NCBI GenBank assembly: GCA_017504405.1 | Contig: JAFVRG010000020.1 | Coordinates: 41,881 to 105,880, forward strand | DNA: 64,000 nucleotides | Direction of reading: 5' to 3' | From: Clostridia bacterium | Lineage (GTDB): Bacteria > Bacillota > Clostridia > Oscillospirales > CAG-272 | Shown: positions 39,957-50,461 of the stretch, one piece after another | How the letters are laid out: each line of letters begins with the position of its first letter | How positions within the stretch are numbered: position 1 is the stretch's first letter | Notes under the pieces: model-generated | Told to the model about the DNA's origin: nothing | Database searches by the model: none | The model's input: the letters and a program-made list of their open reading frames with translations, nothing else | Made by a program: the position numbers and the translations under genes

Positions 39957-40876
39957 CGAAAATTTTTATTGACGGCAGCGCAGGAACAACAGGACTTCGT
40001 ATTAACGAGCGCCTTGCCGACCGCCGTGATTTAGAGCTTATAAAAATATCAGACGAGCTTCGTAAGGATACAGGGGCAAGGGCGGAGGCGATAAACTCTG
40101 CCGATGTTGTGTTCTTGTGCCTGCCCGATGCGGCGGCTATCGAGGCTGTATCGCTCGTCAACAATAACAACACCGCAATAATTGATACCTCGACTGCTCA
40201 CAGAACGAGCGAGGGATGGGCGTACGGCTTCCCCGAGCTTTTTGGAGCGAGAGAGAAAATTAAAAATTCAAAGAGAATTGCAAATCCCGGCTGTCACGCC
40301 AGTGGCTTTGTAGCTCTCGTTGAGCCTCTTGTGAGAGAGGGCGTTATCCCAAAGGATGCACGTCTCACTTGCCATTCGCTCACGGGATATTCTGGCGGCG
40401 GCAAGAAGATGATTGCCGAATATGAGGACGCCGAGCGAGGCGAATTGCTCGGTGCGCCCCGTATGTACGGACTCACTCAAAAGCACAAGCATCTTCCCGA
40501 AATGAGCAAAATCTGCGGTCTTGACGCACAACCTATTTTTTGTCCGATAGTTGCGCCCTTTTACAGCGGAATGGAGGTTACCGTGCCTCTCTTTGCCAAT
40601 ATGATAAACGGAGATATCGAAAAAATCAAGGAAATCTACCGTGAGTATTACAAAAACGGACTCGTCCGTTTTGTTGAAACGGCAGACGAGGGCGGATTTT
40701 TGTCCGCAGGTGCGCTCTCAGGCAGAGATGATATGCAGATTTGCGTGTACGGCAACGAGGACAGGATAATCCTTACCTCACGCTTTGATAATCTCGGCAA
40801 GGGAGCTTCGGGCTCTGCGATACAGAATATGAATATACTCCTCGGCGTTGACGAGGCGGTCGGACTTAATATATAA
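39953..40876 (+). CDS. argC: N-acetyl-gamma-glutamyl-phosphate reductase (short, type-2 form)
   Basis: IDGSAGTTG NAD-binding motif and the active-site NPGCHASG. 307 aa. Confidence 0.9.
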   Translation: MTKIFIDGSAGTTGLRINERLADRRDLELIKISDELRKDTGARAEAINSADVVFLCLPDAAAIEAVSLVNNNNTAIIDTSTAHRTSEGWAYGFPELFGAREKIKNSKRIANPGCHASGFVALVEPLVREGVIPKDARLTCHSLTGYSGGGKKMIAEYEDAERGELLGAPRMYGLTQKHKHLPEMSKICGLDAQPIFCPIVAPFYSGMEVTVPLFANMINGDIEKIKEIYREYYKNGLVRFVETADEGGFLSAGALSGRDDMQICVYGNEDRIILTSRFDNLGKGASGSAIQNMNILLGVDEAVGLNI

Positions 40877-40889
40877 CAGGAGTTTTACA

Positions 40890-42104
40890 ATGAAGATAAT
40901 TGACGGCGGCGTTTGTGCCGCACAGGGCTTTGTTGCCGGCGGTGTTCACTGCGGAATACGCAAGAACCGCACCAAAAAGGATCTTGCACTTATATATAGC
41001 GAGTGCGTAGCGAGTGCGGCGACAGTATATACGACAAATCTCGTAAAGGGTGCGCCCCTTACGGTTACGAAAAAGCATATTGAAAACGGAAAAGCTCAGG
41101 CGGTAATCTGCAACAGCGGAAATGCAAATACCTGCAACGCAGACGGAATAGAGATTGCCGAGAAGATGAGCGAGCTTATCGCAAACGAGCTGAGAATCAG
41201 CGCTGACGATATAGTTGTAGCATCTACGGGTGTTATCGGTCAGCCCCTCAACATTGCGCCTATTGCGAGCGGCATCCCCGCTCTTGTTGCCTCACTTTCC
41301 AAGGATGGATGCGATGCGGCGGCAGAGGGAATTATGACTACCGATACCGTAAAGAAGGAAATTGCGGTTGAGTTTGAAATAGGCGGTAAGATATGCCGTA
41401 TCGGCGGAATTGCTAAGGGCAGCGGTATGATACATCCCAACATGGCTACTATGCTCGTGTTTATCACCACCGATGCTGCTATTTCCTCGGAAATGCTCAA
41501 GCGGGCGCTTTCAACCGATATTTCCTCGACCTTTAATATGGTCAGTGTTGACGGCGATACCTCGACAAACGATATGGTAACCGTTCTTGCCAACGGAATG
41601 GCAGGTAACACGGAAATAGTTGCCGAGGGCGAGGATTTCGATACCTTTATGAAGGCGCTTAATACCGTAACCGTTCACCTCTGCCGAATGATTGCAGGTG
41701 ACGGCGAGGGAGCTACCAAGCTGCTTGAATGTAAGGTTAACGGTGCAAAAACCGAGCAAATTGCAAAAACAGTTGCTAAGAGTGTTATCTGCTCGAGCCT
41801 TTTGAAGGCGGCGATGTTCGGAGCGGATGCAAACTGGGGCAGAGTTTTGTGCGCTATCGGTTACAGCGGCGCTGACGTTGACGTAAATAAGGTTGACGTG
41901 TCGTTCAAGAGCATAAAGGGCGAAATTGCAGTGTGCAAAAACGGAGCAGGCATCGACTTTTCCGAGGAGATAGCTAAGGAAATTCTGCTCGAGCGTGAAA
42001 TAGAGATATTGGTAGGCTTAAATGACGGCAACGGCTCTGCCGTTGCGTGGGGCTGTGACCTCACCTATGATTACGTCAAGATAAACGGTGATTACCGTAC
42101 CTAA
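40890..42104 (+). CDS. argJ: bifunctional ornithine acetyltransferase / N-acetylglutamate synthase
   Basis: GFVAGGVHCGI..., with the autoprocessing-site context HPNMATMLVFITTDA. I moved the start to ATG 40890, which follows ACAGGAG. Confidence 0.92.
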   Translation: MKIIDGGVCAAQGFVAGGVHCGIRKNRTKKDLALIYSECVASAATVYTTNLVKGAPLTVTKKHIENGKAQAVICNSGNANTCNADGIEIAEKMSELIANELRISADDIVVASTGVIGQPLNIAPIASGIPALVASLSKDGCDAAAEGIMTTDTVKKEIAVEFEIGGKICRIGGIAKGSGMIHPNMATMLVFITTDAAISSEMLKRALSTDISSTFNMVSVDGDTSTNDMVTVLANGMAGNTEIVAEGEDFDTFMKALNTVTVHLCRMIAGDGEGATKLLECKVNGAKTEQIAKTVAKSVICSSLLKAAMFGADANWGRVLCAIGYSGADVDVNKVDVSFKSIKGEIAVCKNGAGIDFSEEIAKEILLEREIEILVGLNDGNGSAVAWGCDLTYDYVKINGDYRT

Positions 42105-42113
42105 GGAGTATTT

Positions 42114-42980
42114 ATGTATAACGAAATGTCTAACGCCCACAGGGCAGAGGTGCTGACACAGGCGCTTCCTTATATACGCCGTTATAACGGTAAGGTTGTT
42201 GTTGTAAAATACGGCGGCAACGCTATGATAAACGAGCATCTTAAGGAGCAGGTTATGGAGGACGTTGTTCTCCTCTGGCTCATTGGAGTTAAGGTGGTTC
42301 TGGTTCACGGCGGTGGTCCTGAAATCAGCGAAATAATGACAAGGCTCGGTAAAAAGGCGGAGTTTGTTGACGGTTTGCGTGTAACCGACAAGGAAACCGT
42401 TGATATCGTTCAGATGGTTTTGGCAGGAAAGGTTAATAAAACCCTTGTCAATCTGCTCGAAACCAAGGGCGGTAAGGCAATGGGCATATCGGGTATGGAC
42501 GGCAGGCTCATCGAGGCAAAAATGAAGGATGAGCGTCTTGGCTACGTGGGTGAAATAACGAAAATTCATATAAATCCCGTAGTAGATTTGCTCGAAAAGG
42601 GCTACATTCCCGTAATTTCCACAGTCGGCTGTGATAAAGAGGGAAATGCCTACAACATTAACGGAGATACCGCCGCCGCATACATTGCGGGTGCGCTCGG
42701 TGCAGAGCGTCTTATTATGATGACGGATATTGCAGGAATTTTGCGTGACAGAAACGACCCCTCATCCCTCATTCCCGAGGTGACGATAAAGGATGCGGAA
42801 AAGCTACGTGCAGAGGGCATAATCTCGGGCGGTATGATACCGAAGGTTGACTGCTGTATTGAGGCTATCAACGAGGGCGTTAAGAACGTCATAATTATGG
42901 ACGGCACAGTTCCTCATTCGATACTTATGGAGCTTCTCACTGACGAGGGCTCAGGAACGATGGTTACAAGAGGCAGATAA
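42114..42980 (+). CDS. argB: acetylglutamate kinase
   Basis: VVVKYGGNAM, LVHGGGPEI and NINGDTAA motifs. Confidence 0.95.
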   Translation: MYNEMSNAHRAEVLTQALPYIRRYNGKVVVVKYGGNAMINEHLKEQVMEDVVLLWLIGVKVVLVHGGGPEISEIMTRLGKKAEFVDGLRVTDKETVDIVQMVLAGKVNKTLVNLLETKGGKAMGISGMDGRLIEAKMKDERLGYVGEITKIHINPVVDLLEKGYIPVISTVGCDKEGNAYNINGDTAAAYIAGALGAERLIMMTDIAGILRDRNDPSSLIPEVTIKDAEKLRAEGIISGGMIPKVDCCIEAINEGVKNVIIMDGTVPHSILMELLTDEGSGTMVTRGR

Positions 42981-42981
42981 A

Positions 42982-44148
42982 ATGAGCTACATTACAGAGA
43001 GAGATAAGGCGTTTGTGGCAGATACCTATGCACGCTTTCCCGTCGAAATAGTATCGGGAAAGGGTTCGGTTCTCTATGGCGCAGACGGCAAGGAATATAT
43101 AGATATGGGCTCGGGCATAGGTGTTACCGCATTTGGCGCCGCCGATGATGCTTGGGTAAGCGCAGTCAGCGAACAGCTTGGCCGTGTCGCTCACACCTCA
43201 AATCTTTATTATACCGAGCCGTGCGGAATGCTCGCAGAGCTTCTGTGCAAAAAAACGGGTATGAGCAAGGTGTTTTTCTCAAACTCGGGAGCAGAGGCAA
43301 ACGAATGTGCAATCAAGGTTGCGAGAAAATATTCCTCGGAGAAAAAGGGTGATGACTGCTTTACGGTGGTAACGCTTGAAAACAGCTTTCACGGCAGAAC
43401 TCTCACAACCCTTTCAGCAACAGGACAGGCGCATTATCACGAGCTTTTCAATCCCTTGACCCCCGGATTTGTACATACACCTGCGAATAATATTGAGGCA
43501 TTTTTGAAAACCGTCGCAGAGCATAAGGTTGCGGGCGTAATGATAGAATGTGTTCAGGGCGAGGGCGGCGTTTTACCGCTTGAAAAGGATTTTATCCTCG
43601 CAGTTGAGAAATACTGTAAGGATACCGATACCCCCCTTATAATAGACGAAGTACAGACGGGAAATGGCAGAACAGGCGAGCTTTACGCCTATATGAATTT
43701 TGGAATAGAGCCCGACATTGTTTCCACAGCGAAGGGAATAGGTGGCGGTCTTCCCTTGGGCGCAACGATGCTGTCAAAAAAGGTTGAGGGGGTGCTCGGT
43801 CACGGCGACCACGGCTCTACCTTTGGCGGAAATCCTGTTGCGTGTGCAGGCGGATACAGCATTATTTCAAGAATAGACGAAAAGCTTTTGTCCGAAATCA
43901 AGGAAAAGAGCAAATATATATTCGATACCCTTTCGGGCGAAGACGGAGTTCTCGGCGTCAGCGGAATGGGACTTATGATTGGTATTAAAACCGAGAAAAA
44001 AGCCATAGATGTAGTTAATAAGTGCATAGAGGACGGAGTTTTGTGCCTGACCGCTAAGGATAAGGTACGTCTGCTCCCTGCACTCAATATACCAATGGAT
44101 ACGCTCGTGCGTGCGATTGATGTAATTAAACGTGCGTGTGCGTTGTAA
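42982..44148 (+). CDS. argD: acetylornithine aminotransferase
   Basis: Class III aminotransferase with SNSGAEANE, DEVQTGNGRTG and the PLP-lysine context VSTAKGIGGG. Confidence 0.92.
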   Translation: MSYITERDKAFVADTYARFPVEIVSGKGSVLYGADGKEYIDMGSGIGVTAFGAADDAWVSAVSEQLGRVAHTSNLYYTEPCGMLAELLCKKTGMSKVFFSNSGAEANECAIKVARKYSSEKKGDDCFTVVTLENSFHGRTLTTLSATGQAHYHELFNPLTPGFVHTPANNIEAFLKTVAEHKVAGVMIECVQGEGGVLPLEKDFILAVEKYCKDTDTPLIIDEVQTGNGRTGELYAYMNFGIEPDIVSTAKGIGGGLPLGATMLSKKVEGVLGHGDHGSTFGGNPVACAGGYSIISRIDEKLLSEIKEKSKYIFDTLSGEDGVLGVSGMGLMIGIKTEKKAIDVVNKCIEDGVLCLTAKDKVRLLPALNIPMDTLVRAIDVIKRACAL

Positions 44149-44163
44149 TTTAAGGAGATTATT

Positions 44164-45147
44164 ATGGATTTTAAGGGAAAGAGCTTTTTGAAGCTTCTCG
44201 ATTTCACCCCCGAGGAGATAGGCTATCTTATTGATTTGGCAGGTGAGCTTAAGGATAAAAAGAAAAAGGGAACCCCCCACAGATTTTGCGAGGGAAAAAA
44301 CATAGCGCTTGTCTTTGAAAAGACCAGTACGAGAACCCGTTGCGCCTTTGAGGTTGCGGCGGCTGACCTCGGCATGCACCCCGTATATCTCGATCCGTCG
44401 GGCTCACAGATAGGAAAAAAGGAAAGCATTGCCGATACTGCGAGGGTTCTTGGCAGAATGTTTGACGGTATAGAGTACCGTGGCTTCGGTCAGGAAATCG
44501 TTGAGGAGCTGGCAAAATATGCAGGCGTTCCCGTATGGAACGGTCTTACCAATGAGTTTCACCCCACACAGATTCTTGCGGATTTCCTCACAATAAAGGA
44601 GCATTTTGGCACACTTTCGGGCAAAAAGCTCGTTTATATGGGAGATGCGAGATACAATATGGGCAATTCCCTTATGGTAGGTGCGGCAAAGATGGGTATG
44701 CACTTTGTTGCTTGCGCACCGAAAAAGTATTTCCCGAACGCAGAGCTTGTTTCCGAGTGCGAGAAAATCGCCGAGCAAACAGGCGCAACGCTTGAATTTA
44801 TCGAGGACCCGATGGCTGCAACCAAGAGCGCAGATGTTATTTATACCGACGTTTGGGTATCAATGGGCGAGCCTGCAGAGGTTTGGGAGGAGCGCATAAA
44901 CGACCTCACCCCTTACCGTGTAACGGCAAAAATTATGGCTAACGCAGGCGAGAAGTGCCGTTTTATGCACTGCCTGCCCGCATTCCACGATCTCAAAACC
45001 ACGGTTGGTAAGGAAATTTACGAAAAATTCGGCATCGACTGCATGGAGGTTACCGATGAGGTATTCGAGAGTGAGCAGTCTATAGTGTTTGACGAGGCTG
45101 AAAACCGTATGCACACGATAAAGGCGGTAATGCTCGCAACACTTTAA
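44164..45147 (+). CDS. argF: ornithine carbamoyltransferase
   Basis: [21 protein letters not shown] and HCLPAFH motifs. Confidence 0.95.
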   Translation: MDFKGKSFLKLLDFTPEEIGYLIDLAGELKDKKKKGTPHRFCEGKNIALVFEKTSTRTRCAFEVAAADLGMHPVYLDPSGSQIGKKESIADTARVLGRMFDGIEYRGFGQEIVEELAKYAGVPVWNGLTNEFHPTQILADFLTIKEHFGTLSGKKLVYMGDARYNMGNSLMVGAAKMGMHFVACAPKKYFPNAELVSECEKIAEQTGATLEFIEDPMAATKSADVIYTDVWVSMGEPAEVWEERINDLTPYRVTAKIMANAGEKCRFMHCLPAFHDLKTTVGKEIYEKFGIDCMEVTDEVFESEQSIVFDEAENRMHTIKAVMLATL

Positions 45148-45157
45148 TAGCTTATAG

Positions 45158-45202
45158 AAAAGGCACTTTTTGCGAACTTAAATATTCAAAAAGCGCCTTT
45201 TT
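45158..45202. terminator. long bidirectional hairpin between argF and the convergent LysM gene
   Basis: A ~15-bp stem (aaaaggcactttttg / caaaaagcgcctttt, one mismatch) with a 14-nt loop and A/T runs on both sides. Confidence 0.6.
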
Positions 45203-45205
45203 CCT

Positions 45206-46258
45206 TTAGTGCAACGTTCCCGTGCAGGAAAATGATTTTATTATATTGTAACGCTCCGACAGCATAGCAAAAAGAGGTGGATAGAAGGAGCTTATATTAT
45301 CAATATAGAAGGAATTTATGCCGAGTGAGTCGTAACTGTCGAGGCTTTTCTTCCATAGTGATAAAGAGGGCAGGGCAACTTTTACGTGCCTTTTTCCCTC
45401 GTCGCATTCATAGGAGCATCCGTTTTGCGTAACGTTAAATTTCACAAGCCTTTTACACGCAACCGCCATAGCATCGCTTATCGGTATTTCCATATCCTTT
45501 CCGTCAACAGTTTTTGTGGCAGAATAGAATATAGGCATTGCGAGCCTGCGTCGCTCATAGCTTGAACTGTCAGAGTCGGTGAGAATACAGTCACAGGATA
45601 TGTTGAAATTATCCTTGCATCGCAAAAACACTCCTATTCTGTGTGCTGACAGCTCTTCGTAAATATCATCTATTATTTTACCGTCCTTGGCAGGTATGTC
45701 TTGGGCATCTATCATCACAATGCGAAATCCGCAAGAAATTGCTTTTTCTGCTATTTCCTTTGGGCTTGCCCTGTCACACGACGGGTTTATCCTCAAAATT
45801 TTTTCCACCCCTGCAGCCTTTATCATATCGCTGTAACGGCACTCTCTGTTTCCGAATGGCAGAGAAATGTACGTAAGGTAGGGGAGCGTGTGAGATAGCA
45901 GCTGCTCTGAAATACCCTCTCTGAAAATTCCTGTTATACACACAGAATGCTTTTCATTTTTCGGATATATTGAAAAAACATCTTTTTTGTCGTTTTTCTT
46001 GTGATTTTGGGATAAATTTGAATTTTTTGTCTTAAAATCTCTTTGATAATTTTTGTGCTTTTCGGATAATATATTAAACTGATAATTTCTTATGCTGCAC
46101 AGCTCACACCTGATTTTGGGTATCAGAAGCTCTATTCCTTTGCATAGTCCCGTGGGATTTAATAAAAAATTTTTGCGCTCTAACTCTTCCTTATCAATAC
46201 CGTATTTTTGAGCAATTTCGTTTAATTCTTCATTTTCTTCTACCTTATGTATTCTCAC
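45206..46258 (-). CDS. LysM-domain protein; the C-terminal domain is of uncertain family (possibly a degenerate GH18/YaaH-like fold)
   Basis: The N-terminus HKVEENEELNEIAQKYGIDKEELERKNFLLNPTGLCKGIELLIP fits the LysM pattern. A K/N-rich linker follows. I did not find a DxxDxDxE catalytic motif in the C-terminal ~230 aa. Confidence 0.5.
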   Translation of the reverse strand: MRIHKVEENEELNEIAQKYGIDKEELERKNFLLNPTGLCKGIELLIPKIRCELCSIRNYQFNILSEKHKNYQRDFKTKNSNLSQNHKKNDKKDVFSIYPKNEKHSVCITGIFREGISEQLLSHTLPYLTYISLPFGNRECRYSDMIKAAGVEKILRINPSCDRASPKEIAEKAISCGFRIVMIDAQDIPAKDGKIIDDIYEELSAHRIGVFLRCKDNFNISCDCILTDSDSSSYERRRLAMPIFYSATKTVDGKDMEIPISDAMAVACKRLVKFNVTQNGCSYECDEGKRHVKVALPSLSLWKKSLDSYDSLGINSFYIDNISSFYPPLFAMLSERYNIIKSFSCTGTLH

Positions 46259-46336
46259 TCTACAAATCTCCTTTTGCAGTATTATATTGAAAAAACGGGT
46301 TAAAATACTAAAACAGTAAAATCACTTGGAGGATAT

Positions 46337-47608
46337 ATGAACAAAATTCAAATAGTAAGGGCACACGCCCGTGAAATACTTGATTCGAGAGGTAACCCCA
46401 CCGTTGAGGCGAGCGTTCTGCTTTCAGACGGCAGTGTAGGCGTGGCTTCTGTGCCGTCGGGCGCTTCTGTGGGCAAATATGAGGCGTGTGAGCTTCGTGA
46501 CGAGGCGAGCGAGCGCTACGGCGGTCGAGGCGTCCTTGATGCCGTTTATAACGTAAATAAGCTTATTTCCCCTGCAATTGCAGGTATATGCGCATACGAG
46601 CAGGCTGAAATAGACAATACAATAATCATGCTTGACAGCACGAAAAACAAGTCAAAGCTGGGCGCAAACGCAACCCTTTCGGTATCGCTTGCGGCGGCAC
46701 GTGCGGCGGCAGTTTCTCTGTCTATGCCGCTGTACAAGTATATCGGCGGCATTTCTGCCTCAACGCTTCCTATCCCTATGATGAATATCCTTAACGGCGG
46801 CGTGCATGCATCCAATAATATAGATATTCAGGAATTTATGATTATGCCAACGGGCGCCGAGAGCTTTTGCGAGGGACTTCGCATTGGTGCTGAGATATAT
46901 TCTATCCTCGGCAAGCTGTTGAAGCGTGACGGTCACAGCACATCGGTGGGCGACGAGGGCGGATTTGCGCCAAACCTCGACAGCGACGAGCAGGCACTCG
47001 ATTATATAGTGCGTGCTATTGAGGAGTCGGGCTATGAGGATAAGGTGAAGATTGCCCTTGACGTAGCGTCAAGCGGTTGGTTAACCGATAACGGAAATTA
47101 CTACCTGCCGAAAAGGAAAAACGAGCTTACGGCAGCAGAGCTGATAGACAGGGTGGAGATGCTCTGCGACGAGTACCCGATAGCCTCGGTTGAGGACGGA
47201 ATAGGGGAAACGGACTTTGACGGCTGGACACGGCTCACCGAGCGTCTGGGCTCACGTGTAATGCTCGTGGGCGACGATCTTTTCGTGACGAATACGGCAA
47301 GACTGCGTATGGGAATAGAAAAGCGTGCAGGCAATGCCATTCTGATAAAGCCGAACCAGATAGGAACTCTTACGGAAACGCTCGACGTAATAGCTCTTGC
47401 AAGGCGTGCGGGATACTCACATATCATTTCGCACCGCTCGGGCGAAACCGACGATACGACCATAGCCGACATTGCAGTTGCCACGGGTGCTATGTATATC
47501 AAATCGGGCGCACCCTGCCGTGGAGAGCGTGTAGCGAAGTACAACCGACTGCTCAAAATTGAGAGCTCGCTGCTTGAATTCGGAAAATATGGGCAGAGGA
47601 ATAAGTAA
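46337..47608 (+). CDS. eno: enolase
   Basis: [13 protein letters not shown], the SHRSGETDD variant of SHRSGETED, and [11 protein letters not shown]. Confidence 0.97.
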   Translation: MNKIQIVRAHAREILDSRGNPTVEASVLLSDGSVGVASVPSGASVGKYEACELRDEASERYGGRGVLDAVYNVNKLISPAIAGICAYEQAEIDNTIIMLDSTKNKSKLGANATLSVSLAAARAAAVSLSMPLYKYIGGISASTLPIPMMNILNGGVHASNNIDIQEFMIMPTGAESFCEGLRIGAEIYSILGKLLKRDGHSTSVGDEGGFAPNLDSDEQALDYIVRAIEESGYEDKVKIALDVASSGWLTDNGNYYLPKRKNELTAAELIDRVEMLCDEYPIASVEDGIGETDFDGWTRLTERLGSRVMLVGDDLFVTNTARLRMGIEKRAGNAILIKPNQIGTLTETLDVIALARRAGYSHIISHRSGETDDTTIADIAVATGAMYIKSGAPCRGERVAKYNRLLKIESSLLEFGKYGQRNK

Positions 47609-47665
47609 GGCGTGCATTTGCACGCCAAACATTCTCTTTTGCGCTAAAAATATGCAAAAAAGGTG

Positions 47666-47694
47666 TTGACAAACCAATAAATGTGTGGTATGAT
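47666..47694 (+). promoter_or_regulatory. sigma-A promoter for tRNA-Lys
   Basis: TTGACA (47666-47671), a 17-nt spacer, then TGgTATGAT with -10 at 47689-47694. Confidence 0.65.
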
Positions 47695-47724
47695 TAACAA
47701 GTGCCAAGTCCTGATTGGCTATCT

Positions 47725-47800
47725 GCCCCTGTAGCTCAGCTGGTAGAGCATTTGACTTTTAATCAAAGGGTCTGGGATTCGAATTCCCACAGGAGCACCA
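47725..47800 (+). tRNA. tRNA-Lys (anticodon UUU), with CCA encoded
   Basis: Hand-folded 76-nt cloverleaf: acceptor gcccctg/caggagc, D arm gctc/gagc, anticodon arm tttga-cTTTTaa-tcaaa, T arm tggga-ttcgaat-tccca, then ACCA. Confidence 0.9.
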
Positions 47801-47802
47801 CG

Positions 47803-47829
47803 AATCCCGTCCTCGTGACGGGATTTTTT
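47803..47829 (+). terminator. intrinsic terminator after tRNA-Lys
   Basis: aatcccgtc / gacgggatt stem with a 5-nt loop and a T6 run. Confidence 0.85.
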
Positions 47830-47854
47830 GTATATTTTCTGCAAAGGAGCAGTT

Positions 47855-48808
47855 ATGAATATAGTTTTTCTTGACAGAAGCACTTTGGGTGACGATCTCG
47901 ATACCTCAGTGCTCGGAAAATACGGCAGAGTTATCGAATACCCGATAACTCCCCCCGAGCTTTTGAAGGAGCGGGTTGAGGATGCTGACGTTATTGTTAT
48001 CAACAAAATAAAGGTTAACGAAAGCCTGCTTGAAAATGCAAAAAGGCTACGGCTTGTCTGTGAATTTGCAACTGGATACGATAATATTGACTTGGATTTG
48101 TGCAGAGAAAAGGGCGTTGCCGTTTGCAACGTTGTTGGATATTCAACCGAAAGCGTGGCTCAGATAACTGTTGCAACCGTCCTTAATCTTTACTGTCACT
48201 TGCCCGAATACGCAAGAGCCACGATGAATGGAGAATATACCAAGGGTGGCGTTGCCAATATACTTGTACCGCCATACCGTGAGCTTTTCGGTAAAACCTG
48301 GGGCGTTGTGGGATACGGAAATATTGGCAGAGCAGTAGGAAGAGTAGCGAAGGCGCTCGGATGCAAGGTGATAGTTAACAAGCGTACTCCGTGCGAGGAT
48401 GCAGAGATAGTTGACATCGATACGCTTTGCCGTGAGGCTGATATAATAACTCTTCATACCCCCCTAAATGACGGCACACGCGGAATTATCAGCCGTGAGC
48501 GGATTTCAAATATGAAGGACGGTGTTGTCATAGTCAACGAGGCGAGGGGCGCTATCTGGGATGAGAGTGCCGTGCGTGACGGTGTTCTTAGCGGGAAAAT
48601 CGGCGCTATCGGCTGTGACGTATTTTCCTATGAGCCGTTTGACGAAAAGCATCCGTTTTGGAGCATAAAAGGACTTGATAACGTATGTCTTACCCCTCAT
48701 ATGGCGTGGGCGGCATACGAGGCGAGGTGCCGTTGCCTTTCGGAAACAGAGAAGAATATAATCTCCTTCCTCTCGGGCGGCGACAGAAACAGAGTAGATT
48801 TGAAATGA
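47855..48808 (+). CDS. D-isomer-specific 2-hydroxyacid dehydrogenase (glycerate/hydroxypyruvate reductase-like)
   Basis: NAD-binding motif GVVGYGNIGRAVG, with the catalytic-region motifs NEARG and TPHMAW. I moved the start to ATG 47855, which follows AAAGGAG. Confidence 0.8.
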   Translation: MNIVFLDRSTLGDDLDTSVLGKYGRVIEYPITPPELLKERVEDADVIVINKIKVNESLLENAKRLRLVCEFATGYDNIDLDLCREKGVAVCNVVGYSTESVAQITVATVLNLYCHLPEYARATMNGEYTKGGVANILVPPYRELFGKTWGVVGYGNIGRAVGRVAKALGCKVIVNKRTPCEDAEIVDIDTLCREADIITLHTPLNDGTRGIISRERISNMKDGVVIVNEARGAIWDESAVRDGVLSGKIGAIGCDVFSYEPFDEKHPFWSIKGLDNVCLTPHMAWAAYEARCRCLSETEKNIISFLSGGDRNRVDLK

Positions 48809-48817
48809 GGCTTTTTT

Positions 48818-49141
48818 ATGATTACCGTGCTTGATTTAAGATATGGATACGAGAGCATTGACGAGGCTATACACCAGCTTCTTTTTTCGGTTGCCTCGGT
48901 CTGTGGCTCCGGCGGCGGAATACTCAAAATAATTCACGGTGAAAGGGGCAGGCTGCCCTCGGCTGTCAGACACGAGCTTAAAGGCTTGAAGCAACGCTCA
49001 AAAATTATGTGCGCCATATACGGAGAGAAGCTCGACAGCGCAGACGAAACCGTACGCTATATATGCGATAAATTTCCCGATTTTTCCGCCGATGAGGACT
49101 TCAAAACAAAAAATGCAGGCATAACCTTCGCCTGCATATAA
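48818..49141 (+). CDS. Smr-domain-like small protein
   Basis: VLDLRYG...IDEAI...ILKIIHGERG resembles the Smr LDLHG...IIHGKG pattern. 107 aa. Confidence 0.5.
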   Translation: MITVLDLRYGYESIDEAIHQLLFSVASVCGSGGGILKIIHGERGRLPSAVRHELKGLKQRSKIMCAIYGEKLDSADETVRYICDKFPDFSADEDFKTKNAGITFACI

Positions 49142-49180
49142 TAAGAGGGCATCCAGTAAAGCATACCTCATTTAATTCAA

Positions 49181-49220
49181 AAAAGGAAAAGGACTTCGGA
49201 ATAAGCACCGAAGTCCTTTT
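49181..49220. terminator. bidirectional terminator (Smr-like gene / ftsZ)
   Basis: ggacttcgg / ccgaagtcc stem with an 8-nt loop, flanked by A-rich and T-rich runs. Confidence 0.8.
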
Positions 49221-49223
49221 GAT

Positions 49224-50378
49224 TTACATTAATCCGTTTCTCTTGTTCTGTATAAGACGGATAAACTCGTCTTCATCATCCTCATCGGGAGCAAAGCGTG
49301 ATTGAGCGGTGATGGGAGTTTCCTCCTTTTGCTCTGATACGGCATCGGCAACAAGCTGAGCCTTTTCGTTAGACGCTCTCGCTATACTTGCGAATGCTGC
49401 CTCGTCGTTTTCCTTGGTGGCAAAGCCTGTTGCGATAATAGTTATCTGCATCTCGTCGTTAAGCTCGGGTGAGAAGTTTGCGCCCCAGATAATATTTGCG
49501 TTGGGGTCTGCCTCCTCGCTGATTATCGTTGATGCCATATCAACCTCTTCAAGTCCGACGTCGTTTGATACTGTTATGCTTACAAGCATTCCGGTAGCGC
49601 CAAGAATAGAGGTTTCGAGCAGAGGCGAGGATATTGCGGTTTTAGCCGCAAGCATCGCCTTGTCGGGGCCGTTGGCAATTCCAACGCCCATGTGTGCATA
49701 TCCTGCATCCTTCATAACCGAGGTAACGTCAGCAAAGTCGAGGTTGACAAATCCGGGTACGTTTATGAGCTCGGATACGCTCTTAACTCCGAGGAGAAGA
49801 ACGTCGTCTGCAATCTTAAAGGCGTTTGCCAGCGTCACCTTTTCTGCGCTGACCTGCTTAAGCCTCTCATTCGGTATGGTTATAAGTGAATCCACGTATT
49901 CACGCAGGCAGGCTATTCCTGCCTCTGCCTGAATGGTTCTGCGCTTGCCCTCAAATACAAAGGGCTTTGTGACTATACCTATTGTGAGTATACCCATTTC
50001 GTGCGCAACACGGGCAACGACGGGAGCTGCTCCCGTTCCTGTGCCACCGCCCATTCCTGCGGTTATAAATACCATATCTGCGCCGTCAACAGCCGCCTTT
50101 ATCTCCTCAATGCTTTCCTCTGCGGACTGGCGGCCTATTTCGGGATTAGCGCCTGCGCCGAAGCGGTGAGTGATGCTCTCGCCGAGCAAAACCTTCTTGG
50201 ACGCACGTGATGCGCTCAACGCCATTCCGTCGGTGTTCATTGCGATAAATTCAACGTCACGTATATTTGACTCAACCATTCGGTTGATTGCGTTTCCGCC
50301 GCCACCGCCGACGCCGATTACCTTAATTTTGACACCGCTTTTGTATTCATCCTTATAATCAAAGCTCATTTTAAACAT
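49224..50378 (-). CDS. ftsZ: cell division protein FtsZ
   Basis: [13 protein letters not shown] and the tubulin signature [11 protein letters not shown]. The C-terminal linker is acidic. Confidence 0.97.
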   Translation of the reverse strand: MFKMSFDYKDEYKSGVKIKVIGVGGGGGNAINRMVESNIRDVEFIAMNTDGMALSASRASKKVLLGESITHRFGAGANPEIGRQSAEESIEEIKAAVDGADMVFITAGMGGGTGTGAAPVVARVAHEMGILTIGIVTKPFVFEGKRRTIQAEAGIACLREYVDSLITIPNERLKQVSAEKVTLANAFKIADDVLLLGVKSVSELINVPGFVNLDFADVTSVMKDAGYAHMGVGIANGPDKAMLAAKTAISSPLLETSILGATGMLVSITVSNDVGLEEVDMASTIISEEADPNANIIWGANFSPELNDEMQITIIATGFATKENDEAAFASIARASNEKAQLVADAVSEQKEETPITAQSRFAPDEDDEDEFIRLIQNKRNGLM

Positions 50379-50411
50379 CTCCGTATAAAGAAATATAATT
50401 ATCCATATATA

Positions 50412-50440
50412 ATAATACTAAAAATTTCGGATAATTTCAA
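50412..50440 (-). promoter_or_regulatory. sigma-A type promoter directly upstream of ftsZ
   Basis: On the minus strand: TTGAAA (50440-50435), a 17-nt spacer, then TATTAT (50417-50412). Confidence 0.5.
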
Positions 50441-50461
50441 GAGCTTTTTTGCAAAAATTAG

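Noticed and set aside
47719-48129. 136-aa minus-strand ORF
   Set aside because: It overlaps the tRNA-Lys gene, its terminator and the dehydrogenase start. It is spurious.
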